From: Octopus vulgaris
Lineage: Eukaryota
Assembly (NCBI GenBank): GCA_951406725.2
Contig: OX597828.1
Coordinates: 49,290,001-49,354,000, forward strand
Reading direction: 5' to 3'
DNA length: 64,000 nt
Within the stretch, counting starts at the first letter, position 1; each line of letters starts with the position of its first letter. The position numbers and the translations under genes were made by a program. The notes under the pieces were generated by a model that saw nothing but the letters and a program-made list of their open reading frames with translations, was not told the origin of the DNA and searched no databases. Shown here piece by piece: positions 38,786 to 50,953 of this stretch.

Positions 38786-39291
38786 GGTGGTGGTGGTGGT
38801 GATATGACCAGTTTAGAGTCTAAAGAAGTTTATGACTAATAAAATGGTTCTTTCACAAAGTAATTCTTCCAGTATCAACACAGCTATCTCAGAACAAGTC
38901 ATTTGCCAAATATTTACAACTCTGAAAATACGTTCCTTATGTCTTAGAAAAATGTAGGAATGTCACTCAAACTATCCAAATTTGAGTTTTCTGCAAAATA
39001 GCTAGAGCAGCAGTACCAAGAGAATATTCTTCAAGAAATCCCTTTATCTGTTCTTAAGTGAACCATGTTAAGGTAATTTTTGCCTTTCATCTTCTTTGAG
39101 TTGATAAATGGGCTGAAAGTATTAATAATATACTATGGTCAAGTACTAACTCTACTCTAGTTCTTACACTTAGAAAAAAATAGAGATCATTTGTGTGTTA
39201 ATGCAAGACTTTGAAGATAAGTTTGTTTCAGCGGAGGGTCAAGGGAATGAAGTATAATTTACACAGCAACAACAACATTATCAACAAGAAT

Positions 39292-39628
39292 GTGAAGGCA
39301 CATGGCTCAGTGGTTAGAGTGTCAGGCTCATAATCATAATGTAGTGAGTTCAATTCTTGGATCAGACTGTGTGTCGTGTTCTTGAGCAAGACACTTTATT
39401 TCATGTTGCTCCAGATCACTCAGCTGTAGAAATGAGTTGCAACATCACAGGTTTCAAGCTGTATTGGCCCCTTCCATTCCTTCGAATAACATTGGTGGCA
39501 TGGAGAAGGCAGGCTGGTATGCATGGGTGACTGCTGGTCTTCCATAAACAATCTTGCCCAGATCTGTGCCTCGGAGGGTAAATTTCTAGGTACAATCCCA
39601 TGGTCATTTATGACTGTATGGGGTCTTT
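39292..39628 (+). mobile_element. SINE family D, full length
   Basis: A box TGGCTCAGTGG, B box GAGTTCAATTC, body cttgagcaagacactttatttc...cactcagctgtagaaatg. Confidence 0.88.
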
Positions 39629-40052
39629 ACCTTATCAACAAGAAACAATACCAATAACCTAACAAGTAAATACTATACAACACCTACCACATAATAAACT
39701 ATCAGATACTATTAGACACCATGGTATACCTACTATATCATATAGTATGTACTGTAGTAGGCCTACTATAGCATTGCTTGATGTCATGCCAGACTGATTA
39801 TATCTTTCCCAGACACTATACTGTTTTGCAGCATCACTGTTAGATTATTCCTGTTGATTTTAATGCAATAACTTCATCACGTTTAACTGGAGACGCCATA
39901 TTTGTTGAGGAGATTATCACAGTCAAACAAAAACTGTAAACACTTAAAGCTGAAAGATTCACAAATCACAGTGCAGGATCGAAAATATAATTGCTTTATC
40001 TAATAATTTTCAAGAATCTTTTTTTAATCATAGGTAAATCTTTCTGGGACAC

Positions 40053-40121
<69 letters not shown>

Positions 40122-40313
40122 TAAACAAACAAACATTTGTTTTTTTACAAGCATCGAAATGTGTATTGTATGATACAAATAAAAAATATATTTTTCCAAC
40201 ACACTATTTAGTACATTTTGTAAAATATGTACTCGTTAGTACCTACTGTACTATACATGTACTAATTAATGCATACATCTTTAGCATCTAAATTTGAAAA
40301 TGAATTTGTCAGC

Positions 40314-40385
40314 GGGCAGTTTAGCTTAATGGTAAAGCACTTAGCCAGAGCCTTGGGGGATGTGGGTTTGAGTCCCATGGTTGGT
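40314..40385 (+). pseudogene. Degenerate tRNA-like sequence (pseudogene or head of a rare SINE)
   Basis: tagcttaatggtaaagc D-arm/A box and gtgggtttgagtcccat T-arm/B box; acceptor and anticodon arms do not pair well. Confidence 0.6.
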
Positions 40386-41544
40386 TGTTGACAAATTTTT
40401 CTGCTTTGTAAGGGTAATTTACCCAACATTTCTGCTGTTCTAACGGCAATTCTGCATTCAAAAAATATCTTATTTGTATTGTAAAGTGTGTGTGTGTGTG
40501 TGTGTGTTGTTACTCTTGCAAGGGATCTGGGTCTGCACCTTGAAATTCTTGCTTTGGTTTTGTTGGCAGAGCCATATTCACAGTACTTTAGAGACACTTA
40601 GTACAGTAATATGTTGTATGTGCTATCGAGTACCTGCTATGCTATATCTGCACTATTTAGTACATATTGTAACATGCATACTGTTTAGTACCTACTGTAC
40701 TATATAATATGTACTAATTAATACACACAGTTTAGTTTGTAGTATGTATTACTTAGTATCTACTATACGATATAGAATGTACAAAATAGCCCATGTTGTA
40801 TCACGTTACATGTACTATATGGTAGCTACTATTGAATATAGTCTGTTCCATTTAGTATGTCTTATGATATTTAGTATAAAATATTTAGTAACTATTGCAC
40901 TACATAGAATGTACTAAATAAGTACTATAAAATGTTGTATGTACTATATTTAGTACCTACTATAGTATGTAGGCTGTACAATTTAGCCTGATTTATGGTA
41001 TGTTACATTTAATATGTAATAAAAGAATATTTTCTCTTTTATAAATATCACAGCATATAAAATTTATTACATTATGATAATAAATACTGGAATAAGTGGA
41101 ATGGTCGGTATTGCCAGATTGCTTAAATGTCTTTTTCACATTCTTACATCATGAGACTCTGCACACAACAATAATTTATCATTTAATGGTGGAGAATTAA
41201 TATAACTGTTTTCCACAAAGAATAAAGGACTCCACCTATGTGTCTCCCTCGAAACTTTAAAGAATGCCATATTATTTTCCTTTTAGTGTTCCAGACCAAA
41301 CATTTGGGAGCTGTTATAACAAGGGTAGAACAGTGTCCCCTAATTAGATGAGTGAACAACTAGTGGTTTCAAACAGAAGAAACAACAACATCAATAGCAA
41401 CAACCAAACTGGATCACAGGATATACAGAAAACACACACAACGCCACTATACATGGAGTGCTCCAGCTTGCCCTTAATGGTAATGACTAAAACAAGCGCT
41501 ACTACATGTAACTACTGCAATGTACCCTAATCAATGCTTTTGTT

Positions 41545-41938
41545 TAACATGTTTCAGTCATTTGATTGCAGCCATGCTGAAGCATCATCTTGAAGGGTTT
41601 TAGTTGAACAAATCAACCCCAGTACTTATTTTTCTCTTAAGCCTAGTACTTATTCTATCAGTCTCTTCTGCTGAACCACTAAGTTACGGGGACATAAACA
41701 CACCAACACCGGTTGTCAAGCAGTGAAGTGGGGACAACACAGACACACACACATACATACATACATACATATATATGATGAGCTTCTTTCAGTTTCTGTC
41801 TACCAAATACATTCACATGGTTTTGTCGGCCCTAGGCTATAGTAAAAAGCACTTGCCCAAGGTGCACACAGTGGGACTGAACTTGGGACCATGGGGTTGG
41901 GAAGCAAGCTTCTTACCACACAGTCATGCCTGTGCCTA
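41545..41938 (-). mobile_element. SINE family A, full length, diverged
   Basis: Consensus match. Confidence 0.82.
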
Positions 41939-41978
41939 CTACATCTTGAAATTTTCTCCAGCCACTGAGCAAAAATAC

Positions 41979-42200
41979 TTAAATCCTTTGTTACCAGATT
42001 TTTGTTTAAACACTGGCTTTGTTTCCCAATTAACTTGGAGAATAAGGAAGAATTTAGTAAAATAACTTTATTATTATAGTGTAGGTGTTTAGAGCATAAA
42101 ATAGCATTTCGACAGCTTTCAATTTAGACCACTTTAAAACAGGAAGTTTACTGTCAGAGAAGTGGAGATAGGTCTCAGATGGGTTGGGATCAAAAATATT
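41979..42200. mobile_element. Probable second TTAA-type MITE, diverged
   Basis: Starts ttaaatcctttgttacc; internal gaagaatttagtaaaata recurs near 42302. Confidence 0.4.
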
Positions 42201-42375
42201 ACGACAAACACGATGGAAAGATCTGGAAGCTAAATGATATGTCTAGAACATTTTTGTTGAAATATACTGCTTTTTTTTTTTCAATTAAATTTGAAAACTA
42301 TGAAGAATTTAGTAAAATATTTTTGTTTGGAACATAAATTAATCTTGAAATTTTGATGGGTTTTATTTAATTCAC

Positions 42376-42570
42376 ATCATCATCACCATTTAATGTCAGT
42401 TTTCCATGCTGACATGGGTTTGATGGTTTGACAGGAGCTAGCAAAGTCAGGAGCTGCACCAGGTTCCGTTGTCTCTTTTGGTCTGGTTTCTACAGCTGGA
42501 TGTCCTTCCTAATGCCAACCACTTCACAGAGCATATTGGGCGTTTTTTATGTGGAACAAGCACCAGTACT
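42376..42570 (-). mobile_element. Family E copy
   Basis: ttttccatgctgacatgggtt...ttctacagctggatg.ccttcctaatgccaacc. Confidence 0.75.
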
Positions 42571-43092
42571 GACAGGGTCAAGTACCTTGCAAAACAAAAA
42601 CTCCTCAACTGGGACTAGAGTGGGGACAGTCTCAAGTAGGTTTGTATCAATAGGGTTAAAACAGGATGTCAGTTCCAAAGAACCAAAAGTGGTCTCAGGC
42701 AGGTGAGTACCAATCAAAAGGTGGTTAAACACTCAGAGCAAAGTGCATGACATCCACACCTTCCTGCAGCTTGTCAACGGCACCTTTGTGAATTTGTGAA
42801 TAAAAAATGAGCAACAACATTTAGATGTGTGCAGCACCAATACATTGACTGCACGGCAACATCCCACCAGCTGCGGCTTGGAGGGAATGTTGACTTCAGC
42901 ACATCAGTGAAATATATATGTTTGCAGAGAAGAAAACAAACTAGAAAAACATATAACGTTAGTTCCATGTTTTCTGTGGTAAGTGAGACTGGAGGAATAA
43001 GAGCTATTCTGTGGTCAATAAACAATATTTGGAATGCTAAACAGAAAACAACATAAATGTACACAGACAGACAGACATGATCACACACAGAC

Positions 43093-43123
<31 letters not shown>

Positions 43124-43429
43124 TTCACACACACGCACATATGCACACCAGAAATATGTAGAAAACCAGTGTCAATTTGGTTGAAAGGAAGTGGATTGCA
43201 ATTGTTAAATCAATAAAGAAAAAAAAAGTTAAAGAGATCAATACCTGACCAAACAGTGAGCTTTGATTAGTCTATGTTGTATTGGTTTCTTAGAAATGAA
43301 GATTCCTGCTTTAATTTCCTGTCAAAAGAACTGTCTTTGCTTGTGGCGCCAAAGTAACTGATTGATTGAACCAATTGGCTTCTATATTAGACCAATCATA
43401 TACAGAGTTTATTATTCTTTGATGTTTTC

Positions 43430-43595
43430 TAGCTTGGTGCTGAAGATAATGGTATCTTACCGTAGACACATGATCAGTCTTTGTGGCTTGGTGCTGAAGA
43501 TAACGGTGTATCATGCCAGCTACGGTCACATGATCAGCCCTGTAGCTTGGTGCTGAAGTTAATGGTATGTTATGCCAACTCTAGTCACATGATAG
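43430..43595. repeat. Three-copy ~58-bp tandem repeat
   Basis: gcttggtgctgaag.taa.ggt ... cacatgat three times. Confidence 0.88.
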
Positions 43596-44086
43596 TCTAA
43601 GCAAGACTGTGAAACTTAATCATTTCTTATGATGGTCATATCCAGCATGCAGTTACCTGGCCCCCATTCAGAGACAGTACAGTTCTGTTAATCCAACCCC
43701 TTTGGACCCAGGGTAGAGTCAGATTATCAAATATGTCAGTGTATTGACATTTATTCTTACAAAACCAACAAAATAATGGGTTTTTTTAACCAAGTCATCA
43801 AATATTCAGCTATAGGCACACTATGGCTGAATGGTTAAAATGTTTGATTCTCAATCACAAGATCCAGAGTTCAATCTGTGTGGCACCATGGGTAAGAGTC
43901 TTTTACTATAGCCTCAAATCAATCCTGCATTGTGAAACAGAGTAGATGGAAACTATAAGGAAACCCAATAATTCAAAAAGGTCTAGTCTTGTCATATTCA
44001 TTCCATCTAAGAATTACATTAATAGTAAAATACATGCTAATTCAGTGACTAAATGACTGAAAAACCCATTATCAGAAATTGTGAGT

Positions 44087-44257
44087 TATGCACTGGGGTC
44101 GATGTAATCAACTTAATCCGTTTGTCTGTCCTTGTTTGTCCCCTCTGTGTTTAGCCCCTTGTGGGTAGTAAACAAATAGGTATTTTGTCTGCCGTTATGT
44201 TCTGAGGTCAAATTCCACCAAGGTCGACTTCATCCTTTCGGGGTTGTTAAATTAAGT
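44087..44257 (+). mobile_element. Family B SINE, permuted (tail followed by body)
   Basis: ...ccccttgtgggtagtaaacaaata-ggtattttgtctgccgtt...gggttgttaaattaagt. Confidence 0.8.
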
Positions 44258-44424
44258 GAAATGGTGAAATGAAAAAGAAAGAGAGAAAAATGCCAGATAA
44301 TCAGGTCAACTGGTGTATTGGATAAGGGATAAAGGAATTTCACTGGATCTAGAGTAAAGGTAGATGACTTATGAAAATATGAACTACCTGGCTATTATCT
44401 CACATGTATATAAAACATGTATAG

Positions 44425-44694
44425 CAGTGATTCCCAAAGTGGGCGATAGAAAGATCTAGGGAAGCATTGAAGAAAAGTGGGGTAATAATGGGGTGGCCAA
44501 AAGATGGGGACGATGGATGTAAAAGAAAATCCAAAATAATGAAGTTAATTAGATTTATTTGTGAAATACAGTTGTTTTGAATTTGCTGCAGAAAAATGGT
44601 CTGTGTTTGTGGTGGGGAGTGGTTGGGAGGAAGGGCTAGGAATGTGGCCTGGGTGTCAAGGGGGCAACAGCCTGAAAAAGTTCAGGAGCCACTG
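44425..44694. mobile_element. hAT (Charlie-type) MITE with perfect 8-bp TSD
   Basis: Ends cagtgattcccaaa / ttcaggagccactg; TSD ATGTATAG at 44417-44424 and 44695-44702. Confidence 0.88.
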
Positions 44695-44886
44695 ATGTAT
44701 AGTTATCACACATATATAAAGGTATGATGGAAAGTCAGTTGATTCATAGCAACTCTACAGAATCACTGCTACATGTCTAAAACCATAGAAACGCCTGGTA
44801 TTGAAACTCCAGAAAATCACTAAGTAAAAGAGAAAAGAATGGTTTGGTGGTAAGTTACAGAAGAATTTATTGGAAAACTATAGAAA

Positions 44887-45220
44887 TGGCACCTGTGCCA
44901 GTGACACATAAAAAGTACCCATTACACTCTTGGAGTGGTAGGCATTTGGAAGGGCATCAAGCCATAGAAATCATGCCAAATCAGACTGGAAACCAGTGCA
45001 GCTCCCCAGATTACCAGTTCCAGTAAAACTGTCTACTCCATGCCGGCATGGAAAGTGGTTGTTAAATGATGATGATGATGGGAAGGGCATCCAACTGTAG
45101 AAGCCATGCTAAATCAGACTGGAACTTGGGGCAGCTCTCTGGCTTACCAGTTCCAGTGAAACTGTCTGACCCATGCCAGCATAGAAAGCAGACGCTAAAT
45201 GATGATAATGATAATGATGT
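44887..45220 (+). mobile_element. Two tandem family E 3' ends
   Basis: ggaagggcatc...aaatcagactggaa...ccatgcc.gcat..aaag..(gat)n twice. Confidence 0.8.
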
Positions 45221-45760
45221 TTATTGGTAACTTACAGAACGGTTAGGTAGAAGCTTACAGAACAGTTTGGCAGAAAATTTCAGCAGAGTTTTGCAGTAAA
45301 TTACAAAATTATTTGGCGGTGTCTTTATGGAATAGTTTAACAGTAGTTTACAAAAAGGTTCAGCGGTAACGAAATGGCAAGGAAAGGATACTCCTCCAAA
45401 TTGAAAGAAGGCAGAGTGAATGAGTGGAATGAATTGTTGAAATAACTTGCTGGAGGAAGACAAAGGAAGAACATAAGAGACTAACAAATAGCGGTGAAGA
45501 TTATAGTAATTAACAGCACTAATTGTGACAAACTGTTGCTGTAATTTTCTTGTCACCTCACAAAAGGTAGGTAATGGGTCAGGTATACTGGGGGGGGGGG
45601 GGCTATTAGAGATTGTTAGGTTAACATAGGAAATAACAAAAAACAATAATAATCAGTAACATTCTTTCTAATAGCATTTAATTTTGTTAACGTCTACGTT
45701 AGCACAAGGAAGACCAGCTTTAATCCAGGAGGAGGAGGAGGAGTGAGTGTGTGTGTGTGT

Positions 45761-45856
45761 GTTAGCACGCCGGGCGAAATGCGTAGCTGTATTTCGTCTG
45801 CCGTTACGTTCTGAGTTCAAATTCCGCCGAGGTCGACTTTGCCTTTCATCCTTTCG
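45761..45856 (+). mobile_element. Family B internal fragment, young
   Basis: gttagcacgccgggcgaaatg...gtcgactttgcctttcatcctttcg. Confidence 0.85.
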
Positions 45857-46024
45857 AGTGTGTTTTTGTGTGATGTAGTGTGCGTAGTGTATGGACATAT
45901 TCACACAATATATGTGCGCATGTTTTGTATGTAGAACAGTGTACATGTGTGTATGGTATTTGCATGTATGGTGTGTATATAAACAAGTGTGTCTATGGCA
46001 GAGGTGTAGATTATCACCATATGT

Positions 46025-46173
46025 GTCTGTGTGGTAAGTAGCTTGCATACAAACCACATGGTTCCAGGTTCATTCCCACAGCGTGGCAACTTGGGCAAGT
46101 TTCTTCTACTATAGCATCGGGCCAACCAAAGCCTTGTGAGTTGATTTGGTAGACGGAAACTGTAAGAAGCCCG

Positions 46174-46213
<40 letters not shown>

Positions 46214-46423
46214 TTGTGTGTCTGTTTGTCCCCCAACTTCACTTGACAACCGATGCTGGTGTGTTTACGTCCCTGTAACTTAGCAGTTCAGCAAAAGAGA
46301 CCAATAGAATAAGTACTAGGTTTACAAAGAATAAGTCCTGGGGTCGATTTGCTCGACTAAAAGGCGGTGCTCCAGCATGGCCGCAGTCAAATGACTGAAA
46401 CAAGTAAAAGAGAGAAAGAGAGT
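46025..46423 (+). mobile_element. SINE family A
   Basis: Consensus match. Confidence 0.9.
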
Positions 46424-47695
46424 ATATGTGTATGTATATGGTATTTGCATATATATCAATGTGTGTGTATGTATGTGTGTGTGTGTGCATAGTGTAGATT
46501 TTCACTTTGTGTACATATGCATGCACTGTGTATGTATGCATATGTTGTGTGCATGTGTATATAGCGTGAGTGTGTGTGGTGCATGTACATGTGTGTTGTA
46601 TGTGTGCGCATGTGGTGTAGATTTCTCCCCTGTATGCAAATGACATATGTCACTCAGTGTATAAATATAAGTCAACCAGGAAAAAAGATCTCCTATAAAT
46701 AGCCATGTTGATATCCATTTCCTCTCCATCAAGACGACTGGCTGCTCAACGGTATTTTAAGGTTTCTTCAATAATCAAATGGTAAAAATAGTCAACGAAC
46801 AAATCTGAATCAAATTTAAACATCCCCCCCTCCCTCACTGCCCCATCCCAACCTTTCTTTTAAATGTTTCAGTTTCCCTTCAGAAAGTTTTTTTTTTTAA
46901 TTAATTAATTTACTTTCTACTACCACAAGCACTTACTGACCTTTCTTGACCTTTTCAACTCAGAACACCCACCCAGATTATTATTTGTCTTTATGTTTCC
47001 TTCCCCCCACTTCCATCTGTTGTTTCATAGCAACAAAGAGGTTTGTGAGTGTGTGTGTAGTAGAGGTTGTTTAAAAACCTCCACCACCGTCAAACAGAAA
47101 CCGTCCAATGTCCTCAGGATACGATATCAACTAACCAAGTTCCTCACATGCAATTCACAATTCTAATTCTTCAAGTGGCATATGGTAAGTCTGAAACACT
47201 CAACAGAATGATGGTCACCAGTACCTTCCTGTCTCAACTACCCCACGTCATTCCCATCCTACCCCTGCCTTCCTATAGTTTTTGTTTTCCGTGTAAAATA
47301 CTAAGATGTTAACCTGCAAGAAATAGCACACCGCCACAGATGCACCATGGCTAGGACTGCTTTGATTATAAATCTGCTGGATTAGGATTGACCTATGGTT
47401 AAGCAATAACTGCAAATAATGAAAGAGACTCGACATAATTGTTTGACCAGCTGGAAAAAAGAGACCAAATTTCTCTCAAACCAGATACAATTTGGATAAT
47501 AATCCTAGATACATCACCTGAAAATGAAGTGGTGATAGTCAAAGCTGGAATGCTTTGATTCAAAGGTTTCTAAGATCAGTGCTAACGAGGGCCTAAACAA
47601 CATCTTTAGGTTAGCTAAATATAGTCACTCACCAACAATGAGAAGAATATTTCAATAGGTTTCACAAGCCATATTAACCAATAAGGCCACAAAGA

Positions 47696-47905
47696 GACAG
47701 ATTCTACCTCCTCCTGGCCCCAGATAAATAAACTACTTCACTAAAATTCATCTTATATAATACAAGGGGACAGACTGCCTCCTCGTGACCCCAGATAAAC
47801 AAGCTACTTCACTAAAATTTGTCTTATATAATGCCACAAGGTGATAGACTGCCTCCTCCTGGCCCCAGATAAACAAGCTACCTCACTGAAATTCGTTTAT
47901 ATAAA
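47696..47905. repeat. Three-copy ~73-bp tandem repeat
   Basis: cctcctc.tg.ccccagataaa.aa.ctac.tcact.aaatt...ttatataa three times. Confidence 0.9.
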
Positions 47906-47931
47906 ACATGTCAATATTTAAATTAAAAGTA

Positions 47932-48135
47932 AGGCAACAAGCTGGCAGATCTTTAACACACCAGACAAAATGCATCATGTCAATTCCTCTGCTTTTATGT
48001 TCTCAGTTCAAATTCTGCTGAGGTTGACTTTGCCTTTCATCCTGCTGAGGTCAGTTAAGTACAGGAGTTGATGTAATAAACTTACTCTGTCCTCCTTGAA
48101 ATTGCTGGACTAGTACCAAAATTTGAAATCAGTAT
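47932..48135 (+). mobile_element. SINE family B, diverged
   Basis: gctggcaga...ttcaaattctgctgaggttgactttgcctttcatcc. Confidence 0.72.
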
Positions 48136-48251
48136 TTGAATTAAAAACTCAAAACCAGTCAGCCTCTACCTACTACTATTACACTCTTGGCCCCCATCTA
48201 TCCATGTCCTCACTTCTTTAGTCATCAATCTCTACTATTCATCTTCACCTG

Positions 48252-48366
48252 GATCATCACCTTTCAAAGATCACTCTGTATGGTGAACTCTCCTCTGGTC
48301 ACCTTGATAGAAGAGCACCAAAGAAGACATACAAGGACTCCCTAAAGAAATCCCCTTGTACCTGCC
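48252..48366 (+). mobile_element. RTE-clade LINE ORF fragment (region after the RT domain)
   Basis: Translates DHHLSKITLYGELSSGHLDRRAPKKTYKDSLKKS, matching the RTE motif RLPKxxLYGELxxGxRxxGxPKKRYKDxLK. Confidence 0.78.
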
Positions 48367-49003
48367 TGATGAGCCTATCTTCCCATGCAGCCTCTGTGCT
48401 CATGTCTTTTTGTTCCAAATCAGATTCGTTAGGTATCGGCAGGCTTGCAACAGATTTGGACATTCCCATTTGTAAATCTGGGCTCACAAACCCAAGTCAA
48501 GAAGATGGAACAATGCATTTAGAAGTGGTAGTAACAAAAATATTTTATTTGGTTAAGTAATGTGTAATTGGGCATGAATTAATAGCTTATTTCAATTGGT
48601 AATTAATTAATCAATGAGAGGGACAAAGAAGTAAGTCAGATATTTTGTCACCATAATGGCACTATCTCCAAATATGCAAAAACGGTTTCCAAACATTACC
48701 ATTCCAGTGATCTGCTACTAAACTTCTACAGTAACAACTCAACAGCCAAATCATATAGAAACAAGACAGGACATTCTTTATGCACTGAGCATGAGAAATT
48801 GTCCCTAAAACCATTTTATCAGCTGGATATTGAAGTGATTCCAGCTGCTGAAAACTGGACCAAAATTGCAATAATGAAGAACCAATATTCAAAACTTTTA
48901 ACAAGTAATGCCCAAGTTATACAACTTTTTAAAGGCACTGTGTGTTCCATTTTATTTTTTATTTTATACTCTCCTCCCCCTCCTGTTTAACATACTTTCT
49001 CTT

Positions 49004-49035
<32 letters not shown>

Positions 49036-49299
49036 TGATTCACCCATCCATTCCTCCCATACCCTGCACTAATAACTATATCGAGTTCTTCCTCTTCAGA
49101 ACACTGGCCCTCTGAAATTCCCTCCCTGCTCATATCTTTCCTGCAAGGGTCAACTTTCAGCAGTGTAAACAGCATTCTCACCAGTCTTGGAGGCTCTGCA
49201 AAAGCCATTGCCACTGGTCTTTCTTATAAACACAGCAAGTTATAAATAAAATAAAATCCACTACTATTCCTTGTTTACCAGCCAGCTGACTAACACATC

Positions 49300-49680
49300 T
49301 TATCTTTCACTTGTTTCAGCCATTGGACGGCAGCTGTGCTGGGATAGCCCTCGCTAACAGGTTTTTAGTCATACAAATCAACTCCAATATTTATATTTTA
49401 AAGCCTCATACTTATGCTATTGGTCTCTTTTGGCACAGGGATGTTACAAGGATATAAACAAACCAACACCAGTTGTCAAGTAATGGTGAGAGACAAATAC
49501 ATAAAAACACACACACACACACATCTATATATAACAGGTCTTTTTCCAGTTTCTACAAAATCTACTCACAAGGCTTTAGTGAGCAAGACACTTGCCCAAG
49601 GTGGCAGACAAATGGGACTAAACCTGGAACCATGCAGTTGGGAAGCAAGCTACTCACCACACATCCAAGCCTATACCTAT
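49300..49680 (-). mobile_element. SINE family A, old
   Basis: Degenerate consensus motifs. Confidence 0.7.
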
Positions 49681-50094
49681 GATGACAAAGCTGAGTAGAG
49701 TTATCTGTCTTCTTAGACTATCATATAACAAGAATAAGACAACAACCACATAAAGCAGCAAATATACTTTCCAGCCAAGCTGGTATTTAAAGAGTTAATC
49801 ATTAATAATTAGCGTTAATTATTAATAATGAGAAATATTAAAATACTTCAATGAAAAGAAAACGTGACTTTTCTAAGATATTTGGGAATGTAAACCAGCA
49901 GATTCTAGCCTTGTCTCTCGTTCTTGACATTTGAATTTCATCCCTAATTTTTCATAAGAAACTAGAATAAGCAATTTGTCCGAAAATTCTTTCCTTGCAT
50001 TGTGGGAGCCATTTTACAGCCAAGTTGACTGAGATAAATAGAACAATGCTTTAAGTTGGATTCACTGTACGAGTTACATACAAATATATCCAAG

Positions 50095-50411
50095 CTCTGA
50101 CACTAATGTGTCAGAGCTATGCCGTCGGGAACTTCGGTTCCTGGTAGGGCCACCCAAGGCAGATTGGTCTGACACCAAGTGGTATTAGGGCCACAACCCG
50201 GCAGAAAATCCTCGGAGTGTCTGCTTCAACAACCGACGGCTCCTCGGTTGTTCTGTCCCTGCGTCTGCAAACAATCTGCGGCAAACAGGATGTCTCCACA
50301 TGCGGGATTGTTGGGGACCGCTTGTGAAATCCACATATTCCCACGAAAATTCTTCCATGAGTAGAAGAAGCCGACTCAACCCGCCCAGGGTGAGTGTCGC
50401 CACAAGTAAGT
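50095..50411 (+). mobile_element. Short non-autonomous RTE-derived retroelement with 13-bp TSD
   Basis: TSD aaatatatccaag at 50082-50094 and 50412-50424; 5' motif gagctatgccgtc...cctggtagggccacccaaggca..ggtc resembles BovB/Rex3 5' UTRs (from memory); tail aagtaagt. Confidence 0.8.
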
Positions 50412-50495
50412 AAATATATCCAAGACTACAGCCAGTTAGCCAAAGCCAGAGTCAAGCCAGCTATTTAGCCAAAGGCTTAAATATTTAGCCAATGT

Positions 50496-50953
50496 CTAAC
50501 CTTTCAGCATTCAGATTACTCTGGCAAATGTGATACTTGTTTATTCACAAAGTTTTTAATTAATAATGCATCATCTCATAGCTTTCAGAGTTCAATGATG
50601 TGATTAATTTTAGTGTGACATTGTAGGGTAGGTATAAGAGGCCAAATCTGGCTGATCTGATCATAAAATAGTCAGGATATTTGGACCAGGCATGGCCAGT
50701 TTAAATGTTCAAAGGTTAACAGAACTGTCATTTAAAGACAATTAAACCCTTTAGCGTTTAAACTGGTCACATCCAGCCCAGATATTCCACTTGTTTGACA
50801 TTCAAATCAGCCACATCCTGTCACTCGCACCTACTCTACATTCTAAAAATATGCAATCGTAATCTTGAAGCTACAAGATAATACATGATTATCCGAAACA
50901 AGGAGAATAAATAAGCATTACATTTGACAAAATAATCTGAATGCTAAAGAGTT
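50496..50953. mobile_element. Two piggyBac-type MITEs in inverted orientation
   Basis: 50496-50719 is the reverse complement and 50742-50953 the forward form of the 23715 family. Confidence 0.78.

Noticed and set aside
48299-48487. Minus-strand ORF with ATG and phase-0 CAG|GTACAA that could splice to exon 20220
   Set aside because: The donor is weak and lies in the end of the RTE remnant; the peptide shows no family similarity. RNA-seq could still revive it.
48987-49214. Possible minus-strand exon KDMSREGISEGQCSEEEELDIVISAG
   Set aside because: Donor phase does not match the next exon; no recognisable homology.
50178-50215. Pistol-ribozyme-like GTGG-tattaggg-CCAC
   Set aside because: The pseudoknot partner and conserved downstream elements are absent.
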